A stretch of 38,102 bases of DNA, taken from an uncultured Candidatus Saccharibacteria bacterium. Its GTDB lineage: Bacteria; Patescibacteriota; Minisyncoccia; Minisyncoccales; MHMH01. The notes beneath the pieces were generated by a model. The model ran no database searches. It worked only from the letters and a program-made list of their open reading frames with translations, and had not been told where the DNA came from. The stretch's first letter is position 1. Each line of letters begins with the position of its first letter. The position numbers and the translations under genes are program-made. The stretch lies in NCBI GenBank assembly GCA_964472225.1, contig CAYYJV010000002.1, forward strand, positions 1-38,102, given 5' to 3'. Shown piece by piece: positions 35,836-38,102 of this stretch.

Positions 35836-38070
35836 CTACTCTTCGGCTTCCTCTTCTTCTGCTGCCGCTCTTAGATTTTCCAATTTCTGAATGACATCCT
35901 GGTTGCCGGGATTAAGCTCCAGCACTCTCTCGAATTCTTCAATCGCTTTCCGGGTCTGGCCTTGAGCTGAATAAGCCACCCCCAAAGAATAGTGAGCATT
36001 GGAATGATTGGGCACCAACATGATTACCTGTTGGAACTGCCTAATGGCTTCATCTATTCGATCGTTGTTAAAATAGAGGCGCCCCAACTGAAACCTTGCT
36101 TCTACGTTGAGAGGGGTTTGCATTAACAGCCCTTCCAGTTTAGCAATGGCCTCCTCCAAAACACCTTCTCTTTCCGAAAGTAGGGCTTCTTGAATTATTG
36201 CATCGGAATAGTCTGATTTTTTCTCGAGGGCTTTCTGGAAATATTCTTTAGCCTTTTGGTTGTCTCCCGTGGCTAAATAAAGCTTGCCCAGTTCGGTATA
36301 AAGGACGGCGTTTGTTGGCTCCAGCTTAATTGCTTCCTCAAAAGACCTTATCCCCCAGTCGATAGCTCCCTGGGCCATTCCGCTGATTTCTCTGTAAATT
36401 ACTCCTAAGTTTTCCCAATTTTGGACCACGTTGGGCTGCAACTCAACGGCTTCCCGAGCTTGGGCTATGGCGTTGGCCACCCTATTTTCAATCATTTTTG
36501 AGTCTCTTTCTGCTTCTGGCTTTTGTAATTCCCGTAAAGCTTCGTAAAGGTAACTTCTAGAAAGAGCCACCCTATACCTGGAAGAATAGGGATTCATGCT
36601 GACCGCCTTTTCTAGTTTTTCCAGCCTTTCCGCGCCAAGAAGCCGCAAGCCTTGGCTATAACTCGCATCGGCTAGGTAGAAATTCGCTCCGAAATAATAA
36701 AAAGCCAGAATAGCAATCCCCAGCACGATTACCGCGGTGGACAATACCAAAGAAAGTTCGGGAAAATCCTTGAAAGAAATAACCTTTTCCTTAATCGGCT
36801 TTTGCCAGCTAACTACTGCTAGCCCCAGCATCAACCAGAAAGAGAATGCCAGGGTCAGGTTCTGATAATAGACAAGTTGCGCCACCGCTAAAGCAGTAAA
36901 TACCATGGAAAGTGGCAGCAACATACGATTGGCAATCAAGAAATAGCCTATCAGCAAGAACATGCCGATTATTGCTAAATAAGACAAGATTCCTAAAAAT
37001 CCCATGGTTCCTAGAATTTCGGCCAAATGACTGCCGGCCCTGTCAAACCTTATCTGCCACAGCCAAGATTCGTTGATGGCGATTGGCTTGTACTTGGCAA
37101 AATCATAATGGAAGGTACCAATACCCGATCCCAAGAAGCCGGATTTTATGTTTTCGGTGCTGGCTCCAAGCCCTACCTGCCAAGACACGGGCTGGGAAAG
37201 TATTTGCTCTTGGGGCAACCCCAAATTGATCGGCTTGAAAGCTATGAAAAGAGCCGCAACTATAATCAAAAATATGGGAAGCAATAGCCGGTTAACGTTT
37301 TCCTTGAAAATCCTTTTCCACAAAGAAAGACCCAAAAATATGCCCAATGTTGCCAGCAGTACCACCCAGGCCATGGTAAAGTTAATAATCACCAAAAGCC
37401 CCAGGGAGGCTGCCAAAATCAACCAGCGCAAAACGCTCCCCTTGTTAACCAATAAAAGTCCGACTAGAAGCGTTATAACCACTGCCAAAAATATGCTTAG
37501 TCCCTCTAACGACCCTGCCACCGGATTAAACGTCATCTGCGTCATCGCTGCCGGCCAAAAGTCCCCTATTTTCTGCCACACATTGAATATCGAAAAGTAG
37601 CCAATGAGAACCACCAAACCGCTAGACCAAAGAAACAGGTTTAGAATTTTGGAAATTTGAATATTAGAATTTGTTTCGGATTTTGCGCCAACATTATTGG
37701 TGATAAGAAAATACAAAGCTCCCAGGCTCAACAAAGCAATCAAGCCGTTACTAAACCTTCCATAAAATCCATATAAACTGGAGCTTCTGTCAACTGAAAA
37801 AATGACGGACAGAACAGCCACCCCTAAAAATCCCAAAACAAAGTAATCCAAGGGGCTACACCTGAATCTTAGTTCTTTATCGTAAATGGTCATCTTGGCC
37901 AACCAGGCAAGGAACGCCAAAGAGACCAAGAAAAACAAAAGATATAGCTTTGAAAACTCAAATACCTCAAAACTTAAGGGCAGCCAGAATAAAGGCGTCA
38001 GAAAAACCAATACATATATACTGTACTTTGTGATGCTGTTGAGTATGTTGCCCATAGTTTTATTATACAT
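35836..38070 (-). CDS. polytopic O-antigen-ligase-like (Wzy_C-type) membrane protein fused to C-terminal TPR repeats
   Basis: 744-aa ORF with about 12 hydrophobic helices over the first 460 aa or so. The C-terminal part has repeated TPR-like 34-aa units (AVELQPNVVQNWENLGVIY..., AIKLEPTNAVLYTELGKLY..., VIMLVPNHSNAHYSLGVAY...). Confidence 0.75.
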   Translation of the reverse strand: MYNKTMGNILNSITKYSIYVLVFLTPLFWLPLSFEVFEFSKLYLLFFLVSLAFLAWLAKMTIYDKELRFRCSPLDYFVLGFLGVAVLSVIFSVDRSSSLYGFYGRFSNGLIALLSLGALYFLITNNVGAKSETNSNIQISKILNLFLWSSGLVVLIGYFSIFNVWQKIGDFWPAAMTQMTFNPVAGSLEGLSIFLAVVITLLVGLLLVNKGSVLRWLILAASLGLLVIINFTMAWVVLLATLGIFLGLSLWKRIFKENVNRLLLPIFLIIVAALFIAFKPINLGLPQEQILSQPVSWQVGLGASTENIKSGFLGSGIGTFHYDFAKYKPIAINESWLWQIRFDRAGSHLAEILGTMGFLGILSYLAIIGMFLLIGYFLIANRMLLPLSMVFTALAVAQLVYYQNLTLAFSFWLMLGLAVVSWQKPIKEKVISFKDFPELSLVLSTAVIVLGIAILAFYYFGANFYLADASYSQGLRLLGAERLEKLEKAVSMNPYSSRYRVALSRSYLYEALRELQKPEAERDSKMIENRVANAIAQAREAVELQPNVVQNWENLGVIYREISGMAQGAIDWGIRSFEEAIKLEPTNAVLYTELGKLYLATGDNQKAKEYFQKALEKKSDYSDAIIQEALLSEREGVLEEAIAKLEGLLMQTPLNVEARFQLGRLYFNNDRIDEAIRQFQQVIMLVPNHSNAHYSLGVAYSAQGQTRKAIEEFERVLELNPGNQDVIQKLENLRAAAEEEEAEE

Positions 38071-38102
38071 TAATTAATTATTATTTGCTACTTATTATTA
38101 TA

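Overview
Gene-dense, low-GC bacterial window, almost entirely housekeeping genes. Calls rest on motif recognition by eye; no searches were run.

Gene order:
- Minus strand: rpoD, dnaG, a small membrane ORF, an MscS-family channel, tRNA-Ser(GGA), a zinc-ribbon protein, htpX, groEL, groES (with a CIRCE operator) and uvrA.
- Plus strand: a secreted hypothetical, a short uvrC, a holin-family membrane protein, secG, a family-5 solute-binding protein with a peptidoglycan-binding insert, and a hexose-phosphate/NDP-sugar cluster (PGI/PMI, nucleotidyltransferase, epimerase, cupin PMI). Then tRNA-Leu(CAG), RNase J and trpS.
- After that: phosphomannomutase (-), ychF, rpsF-ssb-rpsR (+), and recA, ftsK, rpoC, rpoB and an O-antigen-ligase-like/TPR protein (-).

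The genetic code looks standard: TGA ends dnaG in an ATGA overlap with rpoD. Shortened proteins (UvrC, YchF) and scarce Shine-Dalgarno sequences fit a reduced-genome uncultured lineage such as Patescibacteria/CPR. That placement is inference only.

No defence or accessory gene system is visible. The most unusual signal is a 23-nt perfect-palindrome repeat, GTTGCTCGGCTWAGCCGAGCAAC, with seven full copies at five loci.
- Two 48-nt head-to-head dimers sit in frame inside rpoB and uvrA, and a single unit sits in frame inside uvrC.
- Two more copies lie just past the groEL and rpoC stop codons.
- The unit is stop-free in two of three frames, and both open frames are used in real genes. This resembles in-ORF palindromic selfish elements.

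Secondary observations:
- A perfect 42-nt palindrome between rpoB and rpoC.
- Extended -10 boxes (TGaTATAAT) 6-8 nt upstream of several ATGs, suggesting leaderless mRNAs.
- Two tRNAs that start on the nucleotide after a stop codon.
- Tandem repeats plus a strand-asymmetric terminator hairpin upstream of uvrA, a possible small RNA.
- A domain-minimised UvrC.
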